Assembly: GCA_965243025.1 (NCBI GenBank)
Contig: CBDETY010000003.1
Location: forward strand, 1,664,001 to 1,728,000
DNA from: Candidatus Latescibacterota bacterium
GTDB taxonomy: Bacteria > Latescibacterota > UBA2968 > UBA8231
Direction of reading: 5' to 3'
Length of the DNA stretch: 64,000 nt
Shown: one piece after another, positions 48,789 through 58,825 of the stretch
Layout: every line of letters begins with the position of its first letter
How positions within the stretch are numbered: position 1 is the stretch's first letter
Program-made: the position numbers and the translations under genes
The notes under the pieces: generated by a model
What the model was told of the DNA's origin: nothing
The model's input: only the letters and a program-made list of their open reading frames with translations
The model's database searches: none

Positions 48789-50906
48789 TCAGCGGCTTTT
48801 TTCGAGGTTCCTTTCCCGGTTGCGCCGATTATTCGGCCTGTCGAGTGTTGCCTTGTGGCTGAGTCGGATTTTCCCCGAGTTGTCGATTTCGAGAACCTTT
48901 ACGGCAATTCTTCCACCTTCCTCGACGACATCTTCGACTGATTCGACCCGCTTGTGGTCGAGCTCGGAGATGTGGAGGAGACCTTCCTTTCCTGGAAGGA
49001 TCTCGACGAAGGCTCCGAAAGGCATGATGCGCTTGACCGTACCTTCGTACTGCTGGCCGATCTCGGCATCGGCGGTGATCGCCTCGATCATCTCCCGGGC
49101 GCTGGCCGCGGCGCCCGACTCGACGGACGAAATGGTAATCTTGCCGTCGTCCTCGACGTTGATGGTAGCCCCCGTCTTTTCAATCTCCCGGATGGTCTTT
49201 CCACCCGGACCGATGACTGCTCCTATCTTCTCGACATCGATTTTCATGAACTCGATGCGCGGGGCGAATTCGGACAGCTCCTGGCGGTGGCTTGCTATTT
49301 CCTCGTTCATGGCCTCGAGGATCTGAAGACCGGCCTCGCGGGCACGAGCGAATGCCTCTTCGAGGATTCCGATCTCGACACCCTGGATCTTGTTTTCCAT
49401 CTGAACCGCGGTGATCCCGTCGACGGTTCCAGCCACTTTCAGGTCCATGTCTCCGAGGAAATCCTCGGCTCCCTGGATGTCGGTCAGCAGCTCCCAATCA
49501 TCCCCTTCGCTGATCAACCCGACCCCGGACGCGGTGACCGGGTTCTTTATCGGCACCCCGGCATCCATCAGCGCCAGCGAACAACCGCATACAGTCGCCA
49601 TCGAGGTCGATCCATTGGACTCCTCGATGTCGGAAACCAGGCGGATTGTGTAGGGAAAGGAGTCCACCCCCGGGACCACGGGCTCGATGGCGGTTTCGGC
49701 CAGGTGGCCATGCCCGATCTCCCGCCTTCCGGGCCCGCGCGGGAACGATACTTCCCCGGTGCTGTAGGAGGGAAAGTTGTAATCGAGGAAATAGGATTTG
49801 AACGACTTCCCGCTCAGGTCGTCTATCATCTTCTCGTCGAGCTTGCTGCCCAGGGTCGCCACGCACAGGGCCTGGGTCTGGCCACGGGTGAACAACGCTG
49901 ACCCGTGTGCTCTCGGAAGTATCTGTGTTTCACATGTGACCGTTCTGACCTCATCGAGAGCGCGGCCATCTATGCGGCGCTTTTCCTCGAGGACCATGCG
50001 CCGCATGTCCGCTTTGATAAGTCCGTAAATGATGTCGTCGATCTGCTGGTCCGATTCCGGGAAGCGCTCGGCCAGAGCTTCACGCGTATCCTTGTAGATT
50101 CCATCGACGAGGTCGTGGCGCTCTTCCCGGCTGGTGGTGTGGTTGGCTTCAGTTATGCGCCCTTCAGCCAATTCGCGAACCGCAGCTTCGAGCTCGGGGG
50201 CAACAGCCTGCCCGACAAAGGCCATCTTCTCCTTGCCGGCCAGCGAAACAAGCTCTTCCTGAAGGTCGATCAGTTTCACGATATGCTCATGACCGAACTT
50301 CAATGCGTCTATCAGATCCTTTTCGGAAACCTCGTGAGCTCCGCCCTCGACTGTCCCTATGGAATCCCTGGTTCCAGACAGGATAAGGTCCATGTCGCTT
50401 TCGTCCCGCTGGCCCATCGTCGGGTTGATGACGAATTCGCCGTCGACGCGGCCGACCCGGACGGCACCGAGTGGTCCGGCAAAGGGTATGTCCGAAAGGC
50501 CCAGTGCCGCGGAGCTGCCCACCATTCCCAGAACATCCGCGTCGTTTTCGTTGTCAGACGACAGAATGGTTATGAAAACCTGAACCTCGTGGGCAAACCC
50601 TTTCGGAAACATCGGGCGGATCGAGTGATCGGTCAGTCTGGCGCTGAGGGTCTCTTTCTCCCCCATCCTCCCCTCGCGGCGAAAGAAGTTACCGGGGATC
50701 CGCCCGGCTGCATACGACTTCTCCCGGTACTCCACGGTCAAAGGGAGGAAGTCACGGTCTGTCGCGTTCTGCGACCTGCAGGCGGTGACAAGACAGATGG
50801 TATCCCCATAGCGAATCCATACCGCCCCATGCGCCTGTTTGGCAACCTTTCCGGTCTCCAGGGACAGCGTGCGTCCACCTAGTTCAGCTTCGACTTTGTG
50901 AATCAT
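48789..50906 (-). CDS. pnp: polyribonucleotide nucleotidyltransferase
   Basis: DFLPLTVEYREK, HGSALFTRGQTQ, RREIGHG, ESNGSTSMA, KH and S1 domains. Confidence 0.97.
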   Translation of the reverse strand: MIHKVEAELGGRTLSLETGKVAKQAHGAVWIRYGDTICLVTACRSQNATDRDFLPLTVEYREKSYAAGRIPGNFFRREGRMGEKETLSARLTDHSIRPMFPKGFAHEVQVFITILSSDNENDADVLGMVGSSAALGLSDIPFAGPLGAVRVGRVDGEFVINPTMGQRDESDMDLILSGTRDSIGTVEGGAHEVSEKDLIDALKFGHEHIVKLIDLQEELVSLAGKEKMAFVGQAVAPELEAAVRELAEGRITEANHTTSREERHDLVDGIYKDTREALAERFPESDQQIDDIIYGLIKADMRRMVLEEKRRIDGRALDEVRTVTCETQILPRAHGSALFTRGQTQALCVATLGSKLDEKMIDDLSGKSFKSYFLDYNFPSYSTGEVSFPRGPGRREIGHGHLAETAIEPVVPGVDSFPYTIRLVSDIEESNGSTSMATVCGCSLALMDAGVPIKNPVTASGVGLISEGDDWELLTDIQGAEDFLGDMDLKVAGTVDGITAVQMENKIQGVEIGILEEAFARAREAGLQILEAMNEEIASHRQELSEFAPRIEFMKIDVEKIGAVIGPGGKTIREIEKTGATINVEDDGKITISSVESGAAASAREMIEAITADAEIGQQYEGTVKRIMPFGAFVEILPGKEGLLHISELDHKRVESVEDVVEEGGRIAVKVLEIDNSGKIRLSHKATLDRPNNRRNRERNLEKSR

Positions 50907-51151
50907 CTCTTTCTTCTCGTTCTCTTTTTTTGAGTTTTGTGTGCTTCACCACGGATGCCGGATGTCCCGGTTCCTGTATGCCTCCCAATGGCTGGCGCAA
51001 TCAACGGCCCTCACGAAATACCCTCCGCAAGCGACGATATCGATGGAGCACGGATTTCAGGCACGCCTCCAGCCGGAGAAAACCGGAGGCGACTCTTCCA
51101 GCTTATTTCGGGAGTCCTTGCTTGTGGAGAACCTCCCTCCCTGACCTTTGA

Positions 51152-51421
51152 TCAGCGCCGAAGTTGGAGATCCTTGATGAGCTGGGCGTACCCTTCGGGG
51201 GTTTTTTTCTGGTAGTACCTCTGCAGCCGCCTCCGCCGCCCGATCAATTGCAGCAATCCGCGACGTGTCGCGAAATCCTGCCGGTGAGTCTGCAAATGGG
51301 TCGTGAGCTTCACGATCCGTTCCGACAGGATGGCAATCTGCACCGCCACAGCTCCCGAGTCGGTTTCGTTCCTTCCGTACTTGACGGTCAGTTCCCTGGT
51401 TCGCTCTGCAGTAATGGACAA
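51152..51421 (-). CDS. rpsO: 30S ribosomal protein S15
   Basis: DSG...VQIAIL, HL..H..D..TRRGLL, RRRL..Y; 89 aa. Confidence 0.96.
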   Translation of the reverse strand: MSITAERTRELTVKYGRNETDSGAVAVQIAILSERIVKLTTHLQTHRQDFATRRGLLQLIGRRRRLQRYYQKKTPEGYAQLIKDLQLRR

Positions 51422-51457
51422 AGTCTCCCTCCATGAGAATCGGAATTGGTCAATCCT

Positions 51458-51853
51458 TCACTTGTCGCCTTGTTCAGTGGACTGAATTACCTCTCGCGCT
51501 CTCTCGACGTCTTTTTCCAGCTGTTGAACCAAGGTCTCGAGGCTGGGAAAGCGCCGTTCATCCCGCAATTTCTCGACTGTTCGGATTCGCAAGGTCTTTC
51601 CGTACAGATCTCCGGCGAAATCAATTATATGGACCTCAACAGCCAACTCGCCGGATGAAAAGGTCGGCCTGACCCCCACGTTTACGACCGCGGCATGCTC
51701 CATTCCTGCTCCTGCCCAGAATGCCGTTGCGGCATATACTCCGGTCTCGACAATCCTCCTTACGTCCCCCTCGACATCGAGATTGGCAGTAGGAAATCCG
51801 AGCGTCCGTCCCCGACCGTCCCCAGCCACCACTTTTCCAGTCACCGCGGGCAT
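51458..51853 (-). CDS. monofunctional riboflavin kinase (RibF C-terminal domain only)
   Basis: G.VV.G.GRGRTLGFPTANL, GVYA, NVGVRPT, EVHI.DF..DLYG, LRDE..F; only 39 bp to the truB stop. Confidence 0.9.
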   Translation of the reverse strand: MPAVTGKVVAGDGRGRTLGFPTANLDVEGDVRRIVETGVYAATAFWAGAGMEHAAVVNVGVRPTFSSGELAVEVHIIDFAGDLYGKTLRIRTVEKLRDERRFPSLETLVQQLEKDVERAREVIQSTEQGDK

Positions 51854-51892
51854 CCGGGCGGTATCCGGAAAACCTGTGCGCGGGCAGGGCCG

Positions 51893-52837
51893 TCAGTCCT
51901 CAACTCCATCCGGCAGCAGAACCTTTGCCGGCCGTAACCTCGAACGGCTGCCGCCGACCCAGGCCCCAAGACCACACAGACGTTCTGCTTCGTCATATAC
52001 TACGCATGTCTCCACATTCGCGTCTTCCACCACACCGGTTGTTGACGCAGGTTCGCCAACCGATTTCGTGGCGACGGTCCCGCCCTGCAGAAACGTCTTT
52101 GCTTCCCGGGGCGCCAGCCTAACCGCAGGAAGCGAACTCAAAGCGCGGGCAGTCGGGACCAGGATTTCCTCGAGCCCGCTCTCATCTACGGCCTTCTGCA
52201 CCTCCTCCACAGTCACCGCAACCGACAGGTCCAAGCTCCCGACTCTCGTCCTGCGCAGGTCGACCACATACGCACCGCACCCCAGGGCGTCGCCAATATC
52301 CATCGCCAGCGAACGGATGTAGGTCCCCTTGGAACAGACCACGCGCATTTCGAAGTCGGGGAATCCGTACTTCAAAACTTCGAGCTGCATTATTCGAACC
52401 GGCCTTGCTGGTATCTCTACCGCCTTTTTCCGGCGAGCGAGATGGTAACTGCGAACCCCGCCGACTTTCACCGCGGAGTGAGCCGGGGGGATTTGCCAGA
52501 TCTCGCCGCGGAAGCGGCCCACAACCGCGCCGGCCTCATCCTCGCTCGGAATTCGCATTTCCGGCACCGGTTCGATGACGCCTTCGGAGTCCCCGGTATC
52601 GCTCCTGGCTCCGAGGCGCAGACGCACCAGGTATTCCTTGTCTGTCCCCGCAATTGTTTCACTCAGCCGTGTATAGGTGCCAAAGCAGAGCACCAATACC
52701 CCTGTTGCGAGCGGGTCGAGAGTACCGCAGTGACCGATGCGTTGCATACCAAGGGTCCGACGCATCCGGGCGACAATATCATGCGACGTCGGACCTGCTT
52801 CCTTGTCAATGGCAAGGATTCCTCGACCGGGCTTCAT
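51893..52837 (-). CDS. truB: tRNA pseudouridine(55) synthase
   Basis: DK..GPTSHD, GH.GTLDPLATGVL, Q.PP..SA.K, CSKGTYIRSLA. Confidence 0.96.
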   Translation of the reverse strand: MKPGRGILAIDKEAGPTSHDIVARMRRTLGMQRIGHCGTLDPLATGVLVLCFGTYTRLSETIAGTDKEYLVRLRLGARSDTGDSEGVIEPVPEMRIPSEDEAGAVVGRFRGEIWQIPPAHSAVKVGGVRSYHLARRKKAVEIPARPVRIMQLEVLKYGFPDFEMRVVCSKGTYIRSLAMDIGDALGCGAYVVDLRRTRVGSLDLSVAVTVEEVQKAVDESGLEEILVPTARALSSLPAVRLAPREAKTFLQGGTVATKSVGEPASTTGVVEDANVETCVVYDEAERLCGLGAWVGGSRSRLRPAKVLLPDGVED

Positions 52838-53201
52838 CGCCGCTGCCGGCAGATCCTGTTGCAGACACCGCCTTTTCTATGAGTGCCGTCAGTCGCGCCC
52901 CTCTCTCCGGGGTGTCGTCGTATGCCAAACTGATTTCGGGAGCCTGACGCATGGAAATCCGTTGTGCGATCTCGTACCGGATATGGCCGAGTGCATTCTC
53001 GAGCGCCGCAATCGCCTGCGTCTTCTCCTTTTCCGAACCGAGAACGCTGACGAACATTCGCGCGTGTTTCAGATCCGGTGACACTTCTGCGTCCGCTACC
53101 GTAACCAATCGGATGCGCGGATCCTGGAGGTTCCTGACGATGTCACTGAACTCGCGGTGCAGCGATTCGCGAACCCTGCTGACCCGGTGTGAGGCGCCCA
53201 T
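52806..53201 (-). CDS. rbfA: ribosome-binding factor A
   Basis: DPRI..VTV...VSPDL.HA, R.APE...YD. Confidence 0.94.
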   Translation of the reverse strand: MGASHRVSRVRESLHREFSDIVRNLQDPRIRLVTVADAEVSPDLKHARMFVSVLGSEKEKTQAIAALENALGHIRYEIAQRISMRQAPEISLAYDDTPERGARLTALIEKAVSATGSAGSGDEARSRNPCH

Positions 53202-53209
53202 AAACGGGA

Positions 53210-53491
53210 CTACCGCTCCTCAACAGAAGCGTCGAGCACCTGCACCCGGCCCTCGTCTTCTATGTAGCGGATCGCTTTTGATATCACCTCGTCCGCATGG
53301 TCCATTCCGTTGCTGACGACGGCGAGTGCCAAGGTACTGCGCTGCCATAGTTCGCTGAATTCCACTTCGGCCACGGACACGTTGAAGCGGTTGTGCAGGC
53401 GATCCTTGAGGCTCTTGAGAACCTGCCGCTTGTCTTTCAGCGATCTGCTTTCCGGCAGGTACAGCTGAACTTCACCTACCAATACGATCAC
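53210..53491 (-). CDS. DUF503 / YlxP family protein
   Basis: SLKDKR, RFNVSVAEV, WQR; usual position between infB and rbfA. Confidence 0.9.
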   Translation of the reverse strand: MIVLVGEVQLYLPESRSLKDKRQVLKSLKDRLHNRFNVSVAEVEFSELWQRSTLALAVVSNGMDHADEVISKAIRYIEDEGRVQVLDASVEER

Positions 53492-53524
53492 TTTCCAGTA
53501 CGGATAATTCCAAGTGGGAATGGA

Positions 53525-55921
53525 TCAAAGGGAACGAGCTGCTTCCACAACTTCCAGAACCTCAAGGGAGTCCCCTTCCGAAATGTCCTCGAAACCAGCT
53601 ACCGCCACCCCGCACTCGAAGCCCTCGAGGACCTCCCGGACATCGTCCTTGAAGCGTCTCAGTGAAGAAATGCTGCCTTCGAAAAGCGACTCGCCATCGC
53701 GCATCACGCGGACCTTGTTGTTGCGCGTGATCTTGCCACTCTGGACATAACAGCCGCCGATCTTGCCATCCCGGGAGGAGGAGAAGATCTGTCGAATCTC
53801 CAGGGTTCCGATGACGCGCTCCTGGAGTTCCGGAGCGAGCAGACCCGAAAGCGCCGCACGCAGCTCTTCAAAAACTTCGTAGATAACTTCGTAGTTCCGA
53901 ATGTCCACGCCGTCCCTGGCGGCAATCTCCCGCGCCTTCGCCTCTGTCGACACGTGAAAGGCGATGACGATTGCATCCGACGCGGCGGCCAGAAGCACAT
54001 CCGATTCCGATACCTGGCCGACACCGCTGTGTATGACCGAAATCCGAACCTCTTCATGGGTAATGCCGCCCAGTTCCTGGGTTATCGCTTCCACGGAGCC
54101 GTCGACATCCCCCTTAACGATCACCTTGAGCTCGTTGATTCTCTTTTCCTGGATCTGAAACTGAAGATCCCCCAGCGTCATTCCGCGACTGCTGCGGATT
54201 TCGTGCTCGCGCTTGATCTGCTGCCGCCTCTGGATGATTTCGCGCGCCTCACGCTCGGAAGGCGCCACCGCGAAGTTGTCCCCTGCCTGGGGTACTCCGC
54301 TTCCGCCCAGGACCTGAACAGGAATGGAGGGCCCTGCCTCCCGGACTCTTTGCTGATGCTCGTCGAACAGGGCTCTCACCCGCCCGCCGGACACTCCCGT
54401 TACGAACGGATCTCCGACGCGCAGAGTGCCCTCCTGCACCAGTACGGTGGCAACAGGACCCCTGCCCTTGTCCAGTTGGGCTTCAATGATCGTGCCGCGG
54501 CATCTCCTGTCGCGGACTGCCTTGAGCTCGAGGAGTTCCGCTTCCAGGATCACCAGTTCGAGAAGCTTTTCGATCCCTTGCCCCGTTATCGCCGAAATCT
54601 CCGCGCATGGAACCTTGCCGCCCCAATCCTCCAGAAGGACGCCACGCTCGCTCAATTGCCGCTTGACCTTTTCGGGATCTGCGGTCGGCAGGTCCATCTT
54701 GTTGATGGCTACTACAATGGGAACCTGTGCCGCCTTGGCATGGTCGATAGCCTCGACCGTCTGGGGCATGACGTCGTCATCGGCGGCAACGACAAGGATT
54801 ACCAGGTCGGTGACCCGCGCACCCCGGGCGCGCATGGCGGTGAAGGCGGCGTGTCCCGGAGTATCGAGGAAGGTTATTGCCTCGCCATTGGGAGCGGGAA
54901 CTGCGTAGGCTCCGATATGTTGAGTAATTCCCCCGGATTCACCCTCGACCACATCGGTTTTGCGCAGAAAATCCAGCAGCGAAGTTTTTCCGTGATCTAC
55001 GTGACCCATTACGGTGACAACCGGCGATCGCGGTTCAAGCTCGCCCGTCACTTCCTCTTCGAGTCCGAGATCCTCCTGCAGTTCCTCTTCCTCCTCCTCT
55101 TCCATCGGCCTCGCTTCAAAACCGAATTCGTCCGCCACGGTCACGATCGTGTCCATGTCGAGGCGCTGGTTGATCGTGACGACGACCCCGAGCTGCAGAC
55201 AGGTGGCGATCACCTCGGCGGAACGCACCTCCATCTGATCGGCCAACTCTCCGACAGTGGAGAATTCCCTGACCCTGATCTGGTGTGCTCCACCTCCCGC
55301 TCCCTCTTCCCCCTCCTCGCCGCCCCCGCGGTCGTAGCGGCGCCTGGTCCGGCCTTCTGCGATCTCGCTCAGGGTTTTACGGACGTTGTCCTGAACCGAC
55401 TGGGTATCGGTCTGCCGCCGGCGCCTCGGCCTTCCTCCGCCTCGCCAACGACCGCTGAGGTCGGACGCGGTGTCGGGGGCGACGTCCCCAGGTTTGCCTG
55501 CCGGCTCCCGGCGCTCTGAGCTGTCCCCGCGTTTGCCACGACGTTTGGAGCGTCTTCGATCACCTTCTTCCTTTGTCGGCAGGGGAGTTATTCCCGGGGC
55601 CCGTTGTCTCCCGATTATCTCGCGGACGCGCTGGCCGGCTCCACGATCTCCCGGTGCGGGAGCATCGCTTCGCGTCCGGCCTGCCCGGGCCTGGCGCTCC
55701 TGTCGTCGTCGAGACTGCTCTTTCTCCTTCTGTCGCTGTACCTCCTCCTTCGAGGCCGTTTTCTCTTCTTCGATCTTCCTGGTGATCGCCTCGGTCATCT
55801 CGGGCGTCACCACGCTCATATGACTTCTGACCTCGTGACCGAGCGACTTGAGCATCGAGATAAGCGCGTCACTCGAAAGCTTGATTTCCTTTGCTACCTG
55901 GTAAACCCTGCGTTTTTCCAA
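53525..55921 (-). CDS. infB: translation initiation factor IF-2
   Basis: GHVDHGKTSLLD, GGITQHIGAY, DTPGH, NKMD, KGDVDGS.EA, GFECG. Confidence 0.98.
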   Translation of the reverse strand: MEKRRVYQVAKEIKLSSDALISMLKSLGHEVRSHMSVVTPEMTEAITRKIEEEKTASKEEVQRQKEKEQSRRRQERQARAGRTRSDAPAPGDRGAGQRVREIIGRQRAPGITPLPTKEEGDRRRSKRRGKRGDSSERREPAGKPGDVAPDTASDLSGRWRGGGRPRRRRQTDTQSVQDNVRKTLSEIAEGRTRRRYDRGGGEEGEEGAGGGAHQIRVREFSTVGELADQMEVRSAEVIATCLQLGVVVTINQRLDMDTIVTVADEFGFEARPMEEEEEEELQEDLGLEEEVTGELEPRSPVVTVMGHVDHGKTSLLDFLRKTDVVEGESGGITQHIGAYAVPAPNGEAITFLDTPGHAAFTAMRARGARVTDLVILVVAADDDVMPQTVEAIDHAKAAQVPIVVAINKMDLPTADPEKVKRQLSERGVLLEDWGGKVPCAEISAITGQGIEKLLELVILEAELLELKAVRDRRCRGTIIEAQLDKGRGPVATVLVQEGTLRVGDPFVTGVSGGRVRALFDEHQQRVREAGPSIPVQVLGGSGVPQAGDNFAVAPSEREAREIIQRRQQIKREHEIRSSRGMTLGDLQFQIQEKRINELKVIVKGDVDGSVEAITQELGGITHEEVRISVIHSGVGQVSESDVLLAAASDAIVIAFHVSTEAKAREIAARDGVDIRNYEVIYEVFEELRAALSGLLAPELQERVIGTLEIRQIFSSSRDGKIGGCYVQSGKITRNNKVRVMRDGESLFEGSISSLRRFKDDVREVLEGFECGVAVAGFEDISEGDSLEVLEVVEAARSL

Positions 55922-55940
55922 AAGGAGATCCGCCCGTTAT

Positions 55941-57491
55941 TCACTCGCTTCGTTGGTTTACTTCCTCGTTTGCAACGGCAGATTCATCGCTACTGGCGGC
56001 ATTGCCTGGTTCGCCGGCGGCGGGAAACGCGTCTGTTTCTGAAACTCCTGACCCCGCATGGCTCCCGGCGGTGGTGGCGGGCACGCTTGCAACTTCGGTT
56101 TCCGCACTGACTGCGGGGATATCCCGCAACTTCGCCCCTTCAGCGGCCTCGGCGGTTTCTTCCCTGGCAGCCGAAGCCTCCATCGCTTCAAGCTCCTGGA
56201 TCGTCGCAGGTCGCAACTCTTCCCCACGCGCCCCCGCCGCGCTCACGTATTCTTCTGCCTTTGCCTTGAGCCTGGCAGCAAGAACTCCATCTTCATCTTC
56301 GAGACCGGGCACGGTCTGCAGAAGTTTGACCTCGACCTCCGCGATCGCCCGGATCGAGATGAACCCCGAACTGGCCAGACTGATGGCAATCAGTTCGCTG
56401 ACTCCCTCCAGCTTCCGCAGCTCCTGCTGGCTCTCATCGATCCGTTGCCGTCGGACCTGGTACTCTTCTTCCGTGAGGATATCGAGACCCCACCCTGTAA
56501 GCTGCACGGCGAGGCGGGAATTCTGGCCCGATCTGCCAATCGCCAGGGAAAGCTGGTCCGACTCGACGATTACAGAAGCCCGTTTGCGCCTTTCGTCGAC
56601 GATGACACGGGATGTCGCAGCAGGACTGAGTGCGCGGGATATAAAAATCTGAGGTTCGTCGATCCAGGGCACGATGTCGATCCGCTCACCGCTGAGTTCT
56701 CTGACGATCGCCTGTACCCGGGATCCCTTCACTCCGACACATGCGCCGACAGGATCGACTCTCTCGTCGTTGGAACTCACTGCGATTTTCGCCCTTTCGC
56801 CAGGCTCCCTGGCGACGGCGTGTATCTTCACGATACCTTCCGCGATTTCGGGCACCTCGATGGAAAACAGCTTGCGCAGGAACTCGGGGTGGGTGCGAGA
56901 AAGCAGCACCTGAGGGCCGCGGCTGGACTTCAGAACTTCGTAGATGTATCCGCGAACGCTGTCCCCCTGGCGGTATCTCTCGCGCCGGATCTGCTCTTTC
57001 AAAGGAATCGCGGCTTCCGCCCGCCCGAGGTTCATGATGATGTCCCCGTGGCTGATCTGCTGAACGATCCCCGATTCTATCTGAGTCAGTCTGCCGCTGA
57101 ATTCGTCGTAAATCCTGTCGCGCTCCGCCTCCCGAACCCGCTGGATCAGAATCTGCTTGGCTGCCTGAATCGCATTTCGACCGAAATCGGCAAGGTTCAA
57201 CTCCTCGAAGACGACCGATCCCAGCTGCGCCTGCTTGTCGATCTGACGCGCATCCTCCAAGTCGATTTCAAGTTCGGGCTCGTTGACCTCTTCGACCACG
57301 GTCTTGCGAGCCAGGACTGCCATATGTCCAGTATCGGCATTGAGCTGGACCTCGAAGTTGTCGGCATTTTCAAACCGCTTCTTTGCTGCTGATACCAGAG
57401 CGTCGGTCAAAGTCTCGATTACCAGCCGACGATCCACGTTCTTCTCCCTGGCTATCTGACTGAGCGCTTCGACTATGTTGATGTTGTTCAT
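55941..57491 (-). CDS. nusA: transcription termination/antitermination factor NusA
   Basis: FGRNAIQAAKQ, SRTHP, AREPG.RAKIAV, DPVGACVG, AIGRSGQN; ATG 57491 (ORF open to 57518). Confidence 0.97.
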   Translation of the reverse strand: MNNINIVEALSQIAREKNVDRRLVIETLTDALVSAAKKRFENADNFEVQLNADTGHMAVLARKTVVEEVNEPELEIDLEDARQIDKQAQLGSVVFEELNLADFGRNAIQAAKQILIQRVREAERDRIYDEFSGRLTQIESGIVQQISHGDIIMNLGRAEAAIPLKEQIRRERYRQGDSVRGYIYEVLKSSRGPQVLLSRTHPEFLRKLFSIEVPEIAEGIVKIHAVAREPGERAKIAVSSNDERVDPVGACVGVKGSRVQAIVRELSGERIDIVPWIDEPQIFISRALSPAATSRVIVDERRKRASVIVESDQLSLAIGRSGQNSRLAVQLTGWGLDILTEEEYQVRRQRIDESQQELRKLEGVSELIAISLASSGFISIRAIAEVEVKLLQTVPGLEDEDGVLAARLKAKAEEYVSAAGARGEELRPATIQELEAMEASAAREETAEAAEGAKLRDIPAVSAETEVASVPATTAGSHAGSGVSETDAFPAAGEPGNAASSDESAVANEEVNQRSE

Positions 57492-57596
57492 CTGTCTCCA
57501 GAGAATGGCGGTTTCCAATTCATTGCGCGTTCAATAGCAAGCTGCTTTGAGAAACCGGGGCAAACCCGAATCTGTCAATCAGGCCAACCCTGCATT

Positions 57597-58103
57597 TCAC
57601 ATTTCCACTTGAATCGTCGCCTTCACTATTTCCGAGCGATGGATGCGATCCACCACCTCTTCAACCTGCAACTCGATCGCGTCGTTGTCCCAGTCGGCGA
57701 GCCGCCCGGAAACAGAGCGCCCCGAATTGAGCAGGACCTTCAGGTGTTTTGACAAGGCGCGCGCGAAGTCGCTGTCGGTGACGAGAGGCCGGTCAAGGCC
57801 GGGAGACGTGACCTCGAGACGGTAGCGACCTGAAACCGGGTCTTCGACATCGAGCAGGTCCCCAACTTCCCGGGAGATCGACTCACACAGGTCAAGGGTG
57901 ATTCCAGGATCTTTGTGGATCAGAAGTCGGATGGAGCGGGAATTTCTCTTTCCCATAACCTCGACATCCACAAGCGATACCTCATAATCAGAGAGGACAG
58001 GCTCGACAAGGTCAACCAGGAGTTGCCGCAAAGCCTCTGGATGAGCATCGAATTCACGATGGCGGTCCGTGCAGGTCTCCGGGGTATCGGTTATCCGGCT
58101 CAT
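57597..58103 (-). CDS. rimP: ribosome maturation factor RimP
   Basis: LVDVE, GITLD.C..ISR, LDVED, Y.LEVTSPGLDRPL. Confidence 0.94.
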   Translation of the reverse strand: MSRITDTPETCTDRHREFDAHPEALRQLLVDLVEPVLSDYEVSLVDVEVMGKRNSRSIRLLIHKDPGITLDLCESISREVGDLLDVEDPVSGRYRLEVTSPGLDRPLVTDSDFARALSKHLKVLLNSGRSVSGRLADWDNDAIELQVEEVVDRIHRSEIVKATIQVEM

Positions 58104-58306
58104 TTATTCACGTGCTGTCAGCGGGAATACGCCAATGCCATGGAACCCTGTACTCAGAGTCAGATATAGACTTCTAAAGATAGAGTCATTCGTAGGAGTT
58201 ATGCAAGATGGAATAATACAGATTCGCAGATTGTTTCTCTAACGCCCTCTGGTTCAATTGATTAGCAGAAATAGGCCACGCGTGTTCCTGCGGGGCAGCA
58301 ATTCGG

Positions 58307-58810
58307 TCAGGAGAGAAACTTCAGGAGGCTCTCAAGCTCAGTCCGCAATTCCGACAGGAACTGGAAAAGCTGTCGACGGTCAGTGTGGCTGTTGCGGCCC
58401 CCGCCCGAGTCCGAGCCCGCCCTGGCTGGAGCCCTTGCGGGCGGCAGGCCTGCAGGGGCCTCAGGTGTGGGCGACGTCGCCATCCCACCCCCGGCATGGC
58501 GGAATTCCGTGCCCGACTCCCCCGCGCTGCGGACGAGCTCGGGCTCGTTCTTCAGTTTCTGCCGTGCACCGCGAGTCGAATAGCGATCGTGGTGCAACAG
58601 ACGCTTTATGAGGAGGATGATGCCTATGTCGCGCTCGCGGTAGGCGCGGTTTTTCCCGCGCACCCGGCGGGGCCTCAGACAGGGAAATTCCTTTTCCCAA
58701 GCGCGCAAGGTGTACTGCGGCAATTTGGTAATCTCTGCAACTTCCCCAATGCTGTAATAGAGCTTCCTATCCAGGGCGCGTCTTGATCCGGATGAGCCGA
58801 ATGGGGACAC
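58307..58810 (-). CDS. MerR-family HTH protein
   Basis: KLYYSIGEVAE, LRAWEKEF, R.Y, IKRLLH...YST.GA. Confidence 0.88.
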   Translation of the reverse strand: MSPFGSSGSRRALDRKLYYSIGEVAEITKLPQYTLRAWEKEFPCLRPRRVRGKNRAYRERDIGIILLIKRLLHHDRYSTRGARQKLKNEPELVRSAGESGTEFRHAGGGMATSPTPEAPAGLPPARAPARAGSDSGGGRNSHTDRRQLFQFLSELRTELESLLKFLS

Positions 58811-58825
58811 CTGTTCGAAAAACTC

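Noticed and set aside
43090-55000. KOPS (GGGNAGGG) polarity switch at the dif-like site
   Set aside because: A partial manual scan found both orientations right of the site, and this motif may not apply to this lineage; needs a computed skew
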